Shown: in pieces, positions 30,045-40,508 of the stretch | How positions within the stretch are numbered: the first letter of the stretch is position 1 | Layout: each line of letters starts with the position of its first letter | Origin: an uncultured candidate division Zixibacteria bacterium | GTDB taxonomy: Bacteria > Zixibacteria > MSB-5A5 > UBA10806 | Length of the DNA stretch: 64,000 nt | Reading direction: 5' to 3' | Assembly: GCA_963801605.1 (NCBI GenBank) | Contig: CAWDFP010000006.1 | Span: 1,024,001 to 1,088,000, forward strand | Program-made: the position numbers and the translations under genes | Notes under the pieces: model-generated | What the model was told of the DNA's origin: nothing | Databases searched by the model: none | What the model saw: only the letters and a program-made list of their open reading frames with translations

Positions 30045-30437
30045 CTACGTAGTAGCGGTTGAGGCGGATGGTTTAACGGCCAGGAAATATCCGAATCCGA
30101 GAGTAAAGAAAAGATAGAGCGCGACAACGAGCCAGCCCAATGGATTTAAAATCCCCTTAATTATTGCCATTATCGACATAATGACGCCAACGCCATCATA
30201 TACAAAAAGGGCTCGGATAATGGCCAGTCGAGCTTCAGATGCACCCGCATTACGGGCAAACCAAGTGAGCACAAGATTACCAAAGAGGGCGGCACCATAT
30301 TCCCATGCGGGAAATACCGCCTCTGGGCTCAATACGACTCCAAAGATTGACAACAATTTAATGGGGGAGAAGATAAAGGCGATGCCGAAAAAAAGGCATA
30401 CGACCGCCTTAATGATCATCAATGTTTTGAATCTCAT
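30045..30437 (-). CDS. Hypothetical 4-TM membrane protein
   Basis: 130-aa hydrophobic ORF with AAGGAG RBS. Confidence 0.75.
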   Translation of the reverse strand: MRFKTLMIIKAVVCLFFGIAFIFSPIKLLSIFGVVLSPEAVFPAWEYGAALFGNLVLTWFARNAGASEARLAIIRALFVYDGVGVIMSIMAIIKGILNPLGWLVVALYLFFTLGFGYFLAVKPSASTATT

Positions 30438-30626
30438 GGCAATTTCTCCTTTGATAGTAATGCCCGGGTTAATATTACCGGTTGATTTTATTATAAGGCC
30501 TTTGGCGCGGTTTAGTTAATTGAGATAATCAATTAAGGCTTATCGGCATGTTATTTCAAATGAACTGAAGCAAATGATAGAATAGAATTTGGGAATTTAC
30601 AATAAATAAGTTAGCGAAATAAGAAA

Positions 30627-30703
30627 GCGGTCAGGTTCGGGGACCTGACCGCACAGATTGATATGAGCATTGCGAGTCCGGCATGTGTCCTCACATGCCC
30701 GAC
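30627..30703. repeat. Two REP-like hairpins downstream of gyrA
   Basis: gcggtcaggt-tcgggg-acctgaccgc (25 of 28 identical to 48095-48122) and ggcatgt-gtcctc-acatgcc. Confidence 0.8.
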
Positions 30704-30716
30704 CTCTTGCAAATAT

Positions 30717-33161
30717 TTATTCCCCTACCTTTTCCCCGGCCGGAACGCGGGCTACGTCGATGACCTTGTCGTCGTCGGTCATGCTCATCAGATGCACACC
30801 CTGCGTGGCGCGGCCAATCGAGCGGATCGAATTAACCGCCAGACGGTTGACGATTCCCTTCTGCGTAATCAGCAGAATCTCATCGCCATCGACAACTTCC
30901 TTAATCGAAATCACCTCGCCGTTGCGCTCGGAGACACGGATATTAATCACGCCCTTGCCGCCGCGGTTGGTGATCCGGTAATCGGATATATCGGAACGCT
31001 TACCGTAGCCGTTCTCGGTCACGGTCAGCAGAGTCGATTCGCGTCGAATAACCACCATGCCAACCACTAGGTCGCCCTCGGCTAAGGTAATACCCCTGAC
31101 ACCATAAGCGGCGCGGCCCATGTCGCGTACCTTGCTCTCGGGGAAACGGACCGCCTGCCCCTGACGAGTAGCCATGACGATATCGCTGCTGCCATCGCAC
31201 AACGCGGCTTCGATCAAATCATCGTCGTTGGGCAACGTCATGGCGATAATGCCGTCACGGCGCGGATTGGAAAACATCTTGATCTCCGTCTTTTTGATCT
31301 GGCCTTGCTTGGTGCAGAGGATAATAAACTCGTTGGTATCGAAACTGCGCACCGGCACAAAGGCCGCGATTGAATCGTTCTTTTCGATTCCAATCATGTT
31401 GATAATCGCTTTGCCCTTGGCCAGTCGTCCGCCCTGGGGGATCTCATGCACTTTGAGCCAGTGGCATCGTCCCTGGCGCGTGAAGAAGAGGATATAGTTG
31501 TGGGTCGAGGCTACGAACATATGTTCGCAGAAATCCTCGTCCTTGGTTTCCATGCCGATAACGCCCTTGGTGCCGCGGTTTTGCTTTCGATACGATGTGA
31601 TCGCCAGGCGCTTGATATAACCGGTATGGGAGATCGTCACGATCATATCCTCTTCGGCGATCAGGTCCTCGATATTGAAATCCTCGTTAATCTCTTCCTC
31701 GATTATTTGGGTGCGACGGACATCACCGAATCTATCTTTGAGTTCGATGAGCTCATCTTTGATAATCCTCATGCGCTTCGCCTTAGAGGCCAATATGCTG
31801 TTTAGCTCTTCTATCAGCTTGATCGTTGCTTCATACTCCTCGATAATCTTGGTGCGCTCCAGGCCTGTAAGACGTTGAAGACGAAGATCGAGGATTGCCT
31901 GCGCCTGAATCTCAGAGAGCTTGAAATTTTTAATCAAACCGGCTTTAGCTTCAGCCGGGTCTTTGGACGAGCGAATCAGCTTGATAACCGCATCGAGATT
32001 ATCCAGCGCGATCTTGTATCCTTCTAAGATATGAGCGCGTTTTTCGGCTTCTTCGAGATCGTATTTGGTACGGCGCAATACCACTTCATGACGATGATCG
32101 ATAAAGTGCTGTAGGATTTGCTGAAGGTTTAAAATACGGGGTTCGCCTTTGACAAGCGCCAGCATGATCATTCCGAAGGTGGCCTGCATCTGGGTCATTT
32201 TGAAAAGCTGATTCAGAACCACATCGGTTTGGGCGTCTTTCTTAAGTTCGATAACGATTCTCATGCCGTCGCGATCGGATTCGTCGCGCAGATCGGAGAT
32301 GCCCTCGATCTTTTTATCGCGCACCATCTCGGCGATACGCTCCAGAAGATTCGATTTATTTACCTGGTAAGGAATTTCGCTGACGATAATGCTTTCGCGT
32401 CCGTTCTTTTGAACCTCGATATTAGCCTTGGCGCGAATGAAAAACCGTCCTCGCCCGGTGAGATAACCCTGACGCATTCCCTCGATACCGAATACCAGTC
32501 CGCCGGTGGGAAAATCCGGTCCTTTGATATGCTGCAGCAATTCCTCCGATGTTGTCTCCGGTTCGTCAATCAGAGTGCAGATAGCGTCAACCGTTTCAGC
32601 TAAATTATGGGTCGGTATATTTGTCGCCATTCCTACAGCAATACCGGTGGCCCCGTTGCAAATCAGATTGGGGAATTTCGATGGCAGCACCGTTGGCTCT
32701 TCGCGGGTCTCATCGTAGTTGGCTTTCATACTGACTGTGTTCTTTTCGAGATCGAGAAGCATCTCCATAGCGATGGGGGAGAGGCGCGCCTCGGTATATC
32801 TCATGGCCGCCGCAGAGTCACCATCGATAGAGCCGAAGTTTCCCTGGCCATCGACTAACAGGTAGCGCATATTGAAATCCTGCGCCATACGCACCAGCGT
32901 TGGATAGACCACTTGCTCGCCGTGAGGATGGTAATTGCCCGACGTATCACCGGCGATCTTGGCGCATTTACGATGTGGTCTATTTGGCGCCAGGCCCAGG
33001 TCGTTCATCGCCACCATGATGCGCCTATTGGACGGTTTCAGCCCGTCGCGAACATCCGGTAAAGCGCGATTGGTGATGACCGACATGGAATAGTCGATAT
33101 AGGAGGTTTTCATCTCCTCTTCTATAAAAACAGGGACGATTTTTTCAGATTCTAACGGCAT
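30717..33161 (-). CDS. gyrA: DNA gyrase subunit A
   Basis: 'RALPDVRDGLKP', 'YHPHG', catalytic 'AAMRYTE', GyrA-box-like 'QNRGTKG', C-terminal pinwheel repeats. Confidence 0.95.
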   Translation of the reverse strand: MPLESEKIVPVFIEEEMKTSYIDYSMSVITNRALPDVRDGLKPSNRRIMVAMNDLGLAPNRPHRKCAKIAGDTSGNYHPHGEQVVYPTLVRMAQDFNMRYLLVDGQGNFGSIDGDSAAAMRYTEARLSPIAMEMLLDLEKNTVSMKANYDETREEPTVLPSKFPNLICNGATGIAVGMATNIPTHNLAETVDAICTLIDEPETTSEELLQHIKGPDFPTGGLVFGIEGMRQGYLTGRGRFFIRAKANIEVQKNGRESIIVSEIPYQVNKSNLLERIAEMVRDKKIEGISDLRDESDRDGMRIVIELKKDAQTDVVLNQLFKMTQMQATFGMIMLALVKGEPRILNLQQILQHFIDHRHEVVLRRTKYDLEEAEKRAHILEGYKIALDNLDAVIKLIRSSKDPAEAKAGLIKNFKLSEIQAQAILDLRLQRLTGLERTKIIEEYEATIKLIEELNSILASKAKRMRIIKDELIELKDRFGDVRRTQIIEEEINEDFNIEDLIAEEDMIVTISHTGYIKRLAITSYRKQNRGTKGVIGMETKDEDFCEHMFVASTHNYILFFTRQGRCHWLKVHEIPQGGRLAKGKAIINMIGIEKNDSIAAFVPVRSFDTNEFIILCTKQGQIKKTEIKMFSNPRRDGIIAMTLPNDDDLIEAALCDGSSDIVMATRQGQAVRFPESKVRDMGRAAYGVRGITLAEGDLVVGMVVIRRESTLLTVTENGYGKRSDISDYRITNRGGKGVINIRVSERNGEVISIKEVVDGDEILLITQKGIVNRLAVNSIRSIGRATQGVHLMSMTDDDKVIDVARVPAGEKVGE

Positions 33162-33390
33162 TCAAAGACTCCTTCTATATATTTTTTCGCCGCTTTTTTG
33201 GCGAATTTTTCCAGATCAATATTATACCAGGAATGTCTCTAAAATTTCAACTCTTATTTTGAAAAAAATGATTTGTAACACAATGCAGTGTAACAAGATA
33301 TGTATATCAAAAAAGCATCTATGGGTGTTTGAGGACGATTTTTAGAAGCGGTTTTATAAAACAATAATATATGGCAAATTTTGGTGAGAT

Positions 33391-33420
33391 TAAGGGAACG
33401 TTCGACAGAATGTTCCCTTA
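33391..33420. terminator. Hairpin downstream of the 33442 gene
   Basis: taagggaacgttc-gaca-gaatgttccctta. Confidence 0.55.
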
Positions 33421-33441
33421 GTCGAAATGATGTTGAAGAGA

Positions 33442-35259
33442 TTATTTCATCAACACTAATTTCTGTGTTTTGCCTAAATAATCGACGTTCCACTGGGTAA
33501 TTCTGGCGAAGTATATCCCCGATGCAAGCTCATTGCCCGAATCATCACGGCCATTCCAGGCTATGGAGTGCTTTCCCACCTCCCTTTTATCATCTAATAA
33601 CGTTCTTACTTTCCTACCTTGAATGTCATAGATATCAATATTGATCTGAGCTGGTATTGGCCCCAAATTGGCAACATAATAGATTATGGTAGTAAAAGAG
33701 TTGAAGGGGTTAGGGTAGCTAGATTCTATAGACGTAATAGAGGGAATATCAATTCCTGTATAGTCATCTATTCCCACATTAATTACCCGGAGTTCCTCAG
33801 AATAGGCGCTTAAATTCCCTTGATTGTCATAAGCCGCTATTTTGTAGTAGTAGTTATGCAGACTATCCCAGTTTAAATCTACATAAAAGGAGGTATCGGG
33901 TTCAGAAAGTATGTTTCCGGCCCAAGGGGCAAATCCGGGTATCGTATCTCTGTTTATGATATATCTCCAAAAATCAGCTTCGAGATTATCATCTTCCACG
34001 CAATGATCAGGCTGTCTTCCGAAATCGTATAAGAAAGGCTATCAGGTTTCCTTGGCGAGTAAATCCAGATACTGGTAGGAAGAGCCACATAGGTCCCCCG
34101 AAAACATCCAATATCAGACTTCTTGGGTTCGTCTACATCTAGTATATGTAGGGTCTCCGGCATCTATCAGGGGGGAATAAGCCTGGAGATGGACATCAAA
34201 GGAGTCAGGGTTGGAATACATGGGATCAGCGTAGAAATTACCTATCGTATCTACTCTCCTCCGAGCCGACGATCTACAGCATCAGCAACTGTAAATTCCC
34301 CCAGAAGGCGTTGTAACCTAACGGATAAGCTGTCGTGGGGGGCATAGATAGCCGTGCCACATTCGGTAACGGAGTTGTTTCTAAAGACTACTGTTCCCGG
34401 AATCTCGAGAGACCATAATATGATCCCAAAAGCCTGAGCCCCAAAGGAACTATTATAGCAGATCCTCCTGACCGTATTGTTTTCAACAATGGCTTTCTTG
34501 GAGGCCATGACACCATGCCCTCGCTGAAAATTGTCAATGTAATTGTTTCTGAAAAAGGAGGAATCCTCAACCCCGGTAAACTCATCAAAGACGGCAAGGT
34601 GTCCATTTCCAATTATATAGAAGATGTTATTTTCAATCACCGCCCAAGACCAGTCGCCGTGGAGGACGGAAGCATTCACGGTTATTAAGCGCGTGATGGA
34701 AAATATTGTTTTTAAACAAAAATTTACCGCTAAAAAGGGATAGGTTTACCGCTTCCCAGCAGTTTATAAATTCACAGTCTTCCACATAGGCTGAATCTCT
34801 GCAGACCGCCGCCGGCTAGAACGCCGATTCCACCTGTAAATTTGCAGTTGATGGCTAAAATAGAGGCTGGCCTCAACGTATCCCCTAAAACCTGAGCGAG
34901 TATCACGCGGTACTCAATGAAAGCCATATCCCTAACCAAGCGTATTGTCTCAGGCCAGCCAGATGATTAGGGCTGGTATTTTCGGTTAATATGGTCGAAT
35001 CGGATCCTGCCCCAATGAATGTAAGGCAGCTATCTTGGTTTCTTTGCCTGATAAGTTGATCGAATGTACCTGGTCCTATAAAGATGGTATCAAATGGGCT
35101 TGAGGCATATATGGCAGAATCGATTATCTCTGCCGCCGTCTCCCAGGAGGCATAGGGGTAAGTATTGGAGCCAGTGTGGGAGGCGTAGTGGTAGTCGGCG
35201 TGGGCTGGAACTGCGGACGCTATGGTAATTATTATTAAGCAAACAACGAAGGTTTTCAC
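33442..35259 (-). CDS. Secreted protein with right-handed beta-helix, FN3-like and FlgD/T9SS-like C-terminal domains (multiple indels)
   Basis: GGAGG + GTG start and a signal peptide. 'HYASHTGSNTYPY.SWETAA', Asn-ladder repeats 'IENNIF/VENNTV/FRNNSV', 'ILDVD..SDIG', 'YYYKIAAYD..N.S', 'SYPNPFN..LVLMK'. Confidence 0.75.
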
Positions 35260-35440
35260 AAATACCTCCCGAAATTTCGATTTCAAAGCAAATAAAAGGT
35301 GCAAGAAAAATATAGAAGGCGAACCCTTTTTTGTCAAGATTATTATGGATTGTTTAAGATATTTAGAATAAGTAAAAGTGAGGATGATATTTATAAAGCT
35401 CCGGGGCAAAGCGAATCAACATAAGAATCATTTTACCCGC

Positions 35441-35474
35441 AAAAAACAAAGCCCCGCCTATTATGACGGGGCTT
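35441..35474 (-). terminator. Intrinsic terminator
   Basis: aagccccg..cggggctt stem with an A-tract on the + strand (U-tract on the - strand). Confidence 0.7.
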
Positions 35475-35492
35475 AAAAACTTGAAAATTCAA

Positions 35493-36134
35493 TTAGTACT
35501 TGGGGGGAGCGTCTTTGCCTTTAGAGGCGAAAGATAATTTCACACCGACATATAGAAAATCCCAGGCGTTGGTGCTCATATTGCCCGGAAGACCGTAATC
35601 GGCGCTGGTAATGTCAGCCCGTCCCATATTATATCTTATTTCCAACTCATAAAGAGTCTTAAGATAAGGCGAACTGGTGAGGCCGATACCGGCAAAACCA
35701 AAATAGCCTCTATTAGGCGAAGTGATATCGATGGAGTGATCGGGTACGTAATAATGAGCATTGGGCTTAAATGTCCCGCCTCCGCCATTGATAAAAATAG
35801 CTCCGTCGGACAACGAAATTAGGTTCAGTCTGGCAGTGCCGCCGAGTTGGCTGAAGTTATAGCTTAAACGGCCGGTTGCCGATGAGATCGTTGTTCCAAA
35901 CCTGAGCCAGTTGCCCATAACGCCTATTCCAAAACCATTAAATAGATAATAGCGAACCTCGCCCTCAAATCCAAAACCTGAGCCTGCGGCCAGAAATTTC
36001 GGGTCGCTAAAATCGCCCTGGGCCGAAGGAAGACCAAGACCCAAAGAGCCAACAAATGCTCCGGCCTGTTGCGCGGATGCATAAATTGGCGTGATCGTTA
36101 ATAATAGCACAATCAACAACAAAGCTTTTTTCAT
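35493..36134 (-). CDS. Outer-membrane beta-barrel protein
   Basis: AGGAG RBS, signal peptide 'MKKALLL..ASA', alternating Gly/aromatic beta-strands. Confidence 0.75.
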   Translation of the reverse strand: MKKALLLIVLLLTITPIYASAQQAGAFVGSLGLGLPSAQGDFSDPKFLAAGSGFGFEGEVRYYLFNGFGIGVMGNWLRFGTTISSATGRLSYNFSQLGGTARLNLISLSDGAIFINGGGGTFKPNAHYYVPDHSIDITSPNRGYFGFAGIGLTSSPYLKTLYELEIRYNMGRADITSADYGLPGNMSTNAWDFLYVGVKLSFASKGKDAPPKY

Positions 36135-36473
36135 CAACTTCTCCTTAGCAAAGATATATAATTCAACTTTCTCCAATATAATATAACTCCATCGCAACGT
36201 AAACGGATTTTTCCGGAAACCAAGCCTGTAGACATTTTTATCCTATCACCCTATTCTGCTTACTCGGAACAAATGTCGAGGCCCCCCAAAGCAGGTTTAC
36301 AGTATAACAAAATGCCCCGGAATTCCGTTGCAATTTCTTTTCAGAGCTAAAAATATTTTATTTATTAAGCTATTTATAGACACTCAACAACAGCAGATAT
36401 CTATGGCTATATTGAATAAAATAACTAAACGGGCATGTTTCCTAAAGCTATTAAGATGTTATGACGTAAACCG

Positions 36474-36761
36474 TTAGGCGATCGATTGACTATGACGTTG
36501 CTGCAAGAGATCTAGCTCTCGTTCATAGGCTTCCAACACCATCCCTTCCAGATGGCGGCGCATATCGGTATTGATGGGATGAGCCACATCCTGGTAGGTA
36601 CCGTCCGGGCGGCGCCGCGATGGCATGCTGACGAATAATCCCCTGCTACCGCTTATAACTTTTAATCCTCTGATTACGAATGAATCGTCAAAAGTTACAT
36701 TAGCGAATGCCCTTAGTTTCTCCTCATTCCTCATTGTGAATCGGATCTCTGTGATTTCCAC
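36474..36761 (-). CDS. spoVG: SpoVG family nucleic-acid-binding protein
   Basis: GGAGG + GTG; 'EITEIR..LRAFANVTFDDSFVIRGLKVI..GLFVSMPSR..YQDVAHPIN'. Confidence 0.95.
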   Translation of the reverse strand: MEITEIRFTMRNEEKLRAFANVTFDDSFVIRGLKVISGSRGLFVSMPSRRRPDGTYQDVAHPINTDMRRHLEGMVLEAYERELDLLQQRHSQSIA

Positions 36762-36840
36762 TTTACCTCCCAGGTTGCATGCAATTTCCAAGATGCTTTC
36801 AACATGCAATTAACCGAGACCGCGGATGCTTTTTGTCAGC

Positions 36841-37704
36841 TTAAGCGCTGTAAGGTTGAAGCGGAATCGGTCTGCACCGGAAAACCTTTATTCCCCATTC
36901 TCTTAAGGTTTCAAGCTTATCCTGCTGAATGGCCCCAGGTGAATAAAGGCCAAAAAAGGATGAGCCTGATCCTGTCATCGAACTATAAAAGGCCCCGGAT
37001 CCCAACAGAGACCGTTTTAACTGAGTTAATTCAGGATTTTTTGCCAGAGCGACTTCTTCAAGATCGTTGCGAAAATATTTTGCCAGTTGCAACAGATCGG
37101 CGAAGTCTATCCTGCTTTTTAATAAAGGTCCTATTCTCTCCTTTGTCAAGTCAATTTTTGCATTCGCATAAGCCGTGGCTGTAGATATTGCCAGGGGTGG
37201 CGAGACTATCACAATTTCGTAATCAAGCGGTAAAGCAATGGGCTCAATTATCTCCCCACGCCCCTTTATGAGTGATTGCCCCGTTGAAAGGAAAAAGGGA
37301 ACATCCGAGCCGATAGAGGCGCCGATTTCGGAAATTTCGCTAATTGACGGCCTTAAGCCGAATAGCTGACATATTCCTCGAAGTACAAAAGCGGCATCCG
37401 ATGATCCGCCTCCAAGACCTGCTCCCATGGGGATTTTTTTGAGCAACTCGATTTTTACGCCGGGAAACGGAAAGAAATCTTGAAGCGCTTTCGCTGCCCG
37501 AAAAGCTAAATTGCCCTTATCGTTTGGAAGCGAAGAATCGCTACAGACAAGTTCGATTTTATTAGATTTTTCAAGATGGATTTCATCATAAAGGTCGACC
37601 GCCTGAATCAGGCTTTCGATTTCATGAAAACCATCGTCCCGTTTCCTTAAAACCTCAAGGTATAGATTGATTTTAGCGGGTGCTTTTATTGATAATTTTT
37701 CCAA
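36841..37704 (-). CDS. ispE: 4-diphosphocytidyl-2-C-methyl-D-erythritol kinase
   Basis: 'APAKINLYL', 'KKIPMGAGLGGGSSDAA', 'GSDVPFF', 'MTGSGS'. Confidence 0.96.
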   Translation of the reverse strand: MEKLSIKAPAKINLYLEVLRKRDDGFHEIESLIQAVDLYDEIHLEKSNKIELVCSDSSLPNDKGNLAFRAAKALQDFFPFPGVKIELLKKIPMGAGLGGGSSDAAFVLRGICQLFGLRPSISEISEIGASIGSDVPFFLSTGQSLIKGRGEIIEPIALPLDYEIVIVSPPLAISTATAYANAKIDLTKERIGPLLKSRIDFADLLQLAKYFRNDLEEVALAKNPELTQLKRSLLGSGAFYSSMTGSGSSFFGLYSPGAIQQDKLETLREWGIKVFRCRPIPLQPYSA

Positions 37705-39240
37705 AAGGGCAATCCCAGGCTGAAGTCGTAAGACAGCTCCAATTTACCGTAGAACTGTTTGGGGGAGATTCCGGATCGATGTTGGAAATTACGTATAGTT
37801 TGGTATCCGGTCGCAATATGTGCAGTCAAGCCATTGGTTCCATTCCAGTCTGCCGTCAGCGCCAGTTGACGAGTCCATTCCACCAGTCCTGATGGAAATT
37901 TAACTCCAAATGGCGCCATACCGGGCTGAAGATCGGCAGCATCATATTCCCCCTTATCGCGTCCCACAAATTCCGCACCGAGTTTTAGCTGGTATCCAAG
38001 CCTTCTATAAATGCCGGCGAAATATTCTCTTTGATCGGAATCAAGTCGGGACAGGGGCCAGCCATAATTGAGATAGGCATTATAGCGCCATCGTTGCCCA
38101 TAAACGTACGTATTGACGATATTAAGTTCTACAAGCCCGGTCCAGTTCGGTAAGATGGCAGGCGCCAGATTCGCTCCAAATTGCATGGCAATTTTCTGCG
38201 GCCCGCGGTGCTGGCGTTGGATATCATCGAAATTAAACTGAGTGTATAATTTCCCCAATCCCCGTTTTGTCCAGGAGATATCCAGGCCCCAAAAAGCGTT
38301 ATCGTCAAGATGGCGATTTTGAGCCTCCCAATAAAACAGGACAAATGGAATATTGTAAAATAATTCCGGTAGCCTGTCGGGTCCGCCATAGATATATATT
38401 TCGGAAAGCGCAATTTCCCAACCCTTCCCGGGTGTGAAACGAAGCCTATGGCCCGAAATGAATCGCCGGTCAGCAAATCCAGTCGCCGGGTCGATATAAT
38501 CGTCAAGCCTGGCGCCAAAACCGGATAATCGGAATGGTTTTAAGGTGAAGCTATAGCCGATCATATCGAGAGGGGGCGAGTTGTCATCGAGAAGAATGCT
38601 TCCTCTCGGCGATGGTCCCCAAACAAGCCGATCCCGTCCGAACATAAGGCCGAATCGATTGAGCTTAACCGTTAGATAGGCGCGGTCGAATTGGCCGATA
38701 ATATGCTCCCTATGAGCGACGCCGTAATACCAGGGATATCGAATGCCATCGGAATCGAAAATGAGCTGGCTATCCCATCCCCAACTGGATTCCTTCGAAA
38801 GTTGAATTCCTGCTTTATATACCGATCCAAATTCATTTTTATATCCACGATCGATAAAGATATCGCGTTGGTAGAAATAACCATCGGATTTTTGCCGGGA
38901 TAAGGCTCGAATCTCAAGCCCGCCGTTAAAACCTGCCGATAGATTTTCGGGCTCTACCTTTTGCGGAGGAGTCAGACGATTCAAAATTGTCGCCGCGATT
39001 TGTTTGCTTGTAGGATCGAAAAGAAAGGTCATCTTTGGCAATTTCAGCGGCGATATCGGAGATCAGCCAGGGTTTTTCAGTCTGGCTTAATCCACTGAGA
39101 TACCCCTGTATCTGAAGATCCTCAATTTGTTTGACTATTGGATCATTTGAAGGCAAATAGATTAATTGAGCGGATATTATTTGGATAAAAATCAGAAAAA
39201 AAATAAAAAAGCCGATACTGAGAGGAAACGCTTTTCTCAT
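37686..39240 (-). CDS. Capsule assembly Wzi family outer-membrane protein (indel near 39030)
   Basis: N-terminal 'L...GYL..LSQTEKPW' and barrel motifs 'FGRDRLVWGP..SILLDDN.PP', 'GHRL', 'DDN'. Confidence 0.78.
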
Positions 39241-39291
39241 GGACATAAAGGTATAGCGGAGTTCCTGCAATGTCAAGGCGATAGCGCCCGT

Positions 39292-39504
39292 TTGGCCCGC
39301 GGGTTCCGCCTTTCGGTCCGGAAGACCGAAAGAAATAAATCCGATTGGGAACAGATGCGACCATGCCCATTGATTCTGGCACCTATTAGTTTATGGATAA
39401 ATAGTCGGATCTCTGAGAGCTATCTATCGGCGAAACAACTGTCAGACAGCCCCAATCGGATTTCCTGCCCCGACTTCGTCGGGGCTGCGGAACCCGCGGG
39501 CCAA
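39292..39504. repeat. 213-bp element with 18-bp perfect terminal inverted repeats and nested stems (MITE/REPIN-like or structured RNA)
   Basis: ttggcccgcgggttccgc (39292-39309) pairs with gcggaacccgcgggccaa (39487-39504); inner pair aaatccgattggg / cccaatcggattt; two side hairpins. Confidence 0.75.
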
Positions 39505-39521
39505 GAGTGATGGAATGATTT

Positions 39522-40355
39522 CTAGAAGCCCAAATGGATACCGAAAACGGTTTTGCCGTCGCGGTTTCTTACCGATTGCGAGTCGTACGGCCACCAGCCA
39601 AGATAGGCCATCACGATCCCATTTTTGCCATAGACCACGAAATCAAAATTCAGCCCATGCTTTCGCTTGAGATCGTGGTGGGAATTGATTACCCACAGGT
39701 TGTTTGATTCGATATTGAATCCCAGGCTCTTATACCGGGCAACCAGGATATTAAAATTGGTCTGCGACGTGAATTCGTAATCGTGGTTTTTCTGCCAGGT
39801 GCCTTCGCCTCGCGGTGCATAGAAACCGATTTGCAGATAGTAATCGAGCTTGCTTGGAAATGAAAGTCCGGGTATGCCGGACTTGGGTTGATGATATTTG
39901 TATTTTGAGAGATACCCTTTACTTCCGAATCCTATACGCGGGCTGTTCCAAAAAACGGAGTAATCCTCCTGCTCCCAGCGGCCAATATCATGGAAACAAT
40001 CGTGATGCATTTGCAGATCGAAAAAGTGTTTTTCGAATTCAAATTTACCGGCAATACTGAATGCCCAGCCGCCCCGGTTGGGATCGAATACCATATTGGA
40101 ATGATATTTCCGACCCATATAAATTTCGTGAGTCAGTTCGACCAGGAAAAAAAATCGATGATAGCGAATTGTCTCCAGGCTGACGCTCAGTTCTGTATCT
40201 ATAAAGTAAGTGGCATCCTGATTAAAATAGATATATGACATGATGTCGCCGTAGCCGGTCATCAAAGCTTCGAAATTGGGTTTATCCTGTGCTGCACTGT
40301 TTGATGAAACCATTATTAGTATTAGCGCCGATATGGAGAAAAGATATTTACGCAA
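39522..40355 (-). CDS. Hypothetical exported, probably outer-membrane, protein
   Basis: Signal peptide, aromatic beta-rich body, C-terminal 'GIHLGF'. Confidence 0.7.
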   Translation of the reverse strand: MRKYLFSISALILIMVSSNSAAQDKPNFEALMTGYGDIMSYIYFNQDATYFIDTELSVSLETIRYHRFFFLVELTHEIYMGRKYHSNMVFDPNRGGWAFSIAGKFEFEKHFFDLQMHHDCFHDIGRWEQEDYSVFWNSPRIGFGSKGYLSKYKYHQPKSGIPGLSFPSKLDYYLQIGFYAPRGEGTWQKNHDYEFTSQTNFNILVARYKSLGFNIESNNLWVINSHHDLKRKHGLNFDFVVYGKNGIVMAYLGWWPYDSQSVRNRDGKTVFGIHLGF

Positions 40356-40456
40356 TTGAACCTCGCTCCTTAGGCAAAACTCAAACCGGCCATGTAACGC
40401 ATAGCATCCCTCTTACGGTAAATCTACCATAGCGTACGGAAAAGAGCAACAGGCAT

Positions 40457-40484
40457 AAAAAAACGCCGCTTTTACAAGCGGCGT
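40457..40484 (-). terminator. Intrinsic terminator of the sugar-nucleotide operon
   Basis: A7 followed by cgccgctt-ttac-aagcggcg. Confidence 0.8.
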
Positions 40485-40508
40485 ATTAATATCCACTAAT
40501 GCTATCTT

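Noticed and set aside
36266..36280. GGAACAAATGTCG as a second LexA site
   Set aside because: Only a partial match, and it lies upstream of an unrelated outer-membrane protein gene.
36200..36840. tRNA-Gln, often found after ispE
   Set aside because: No cloverleaf or T-loop consensus visible.
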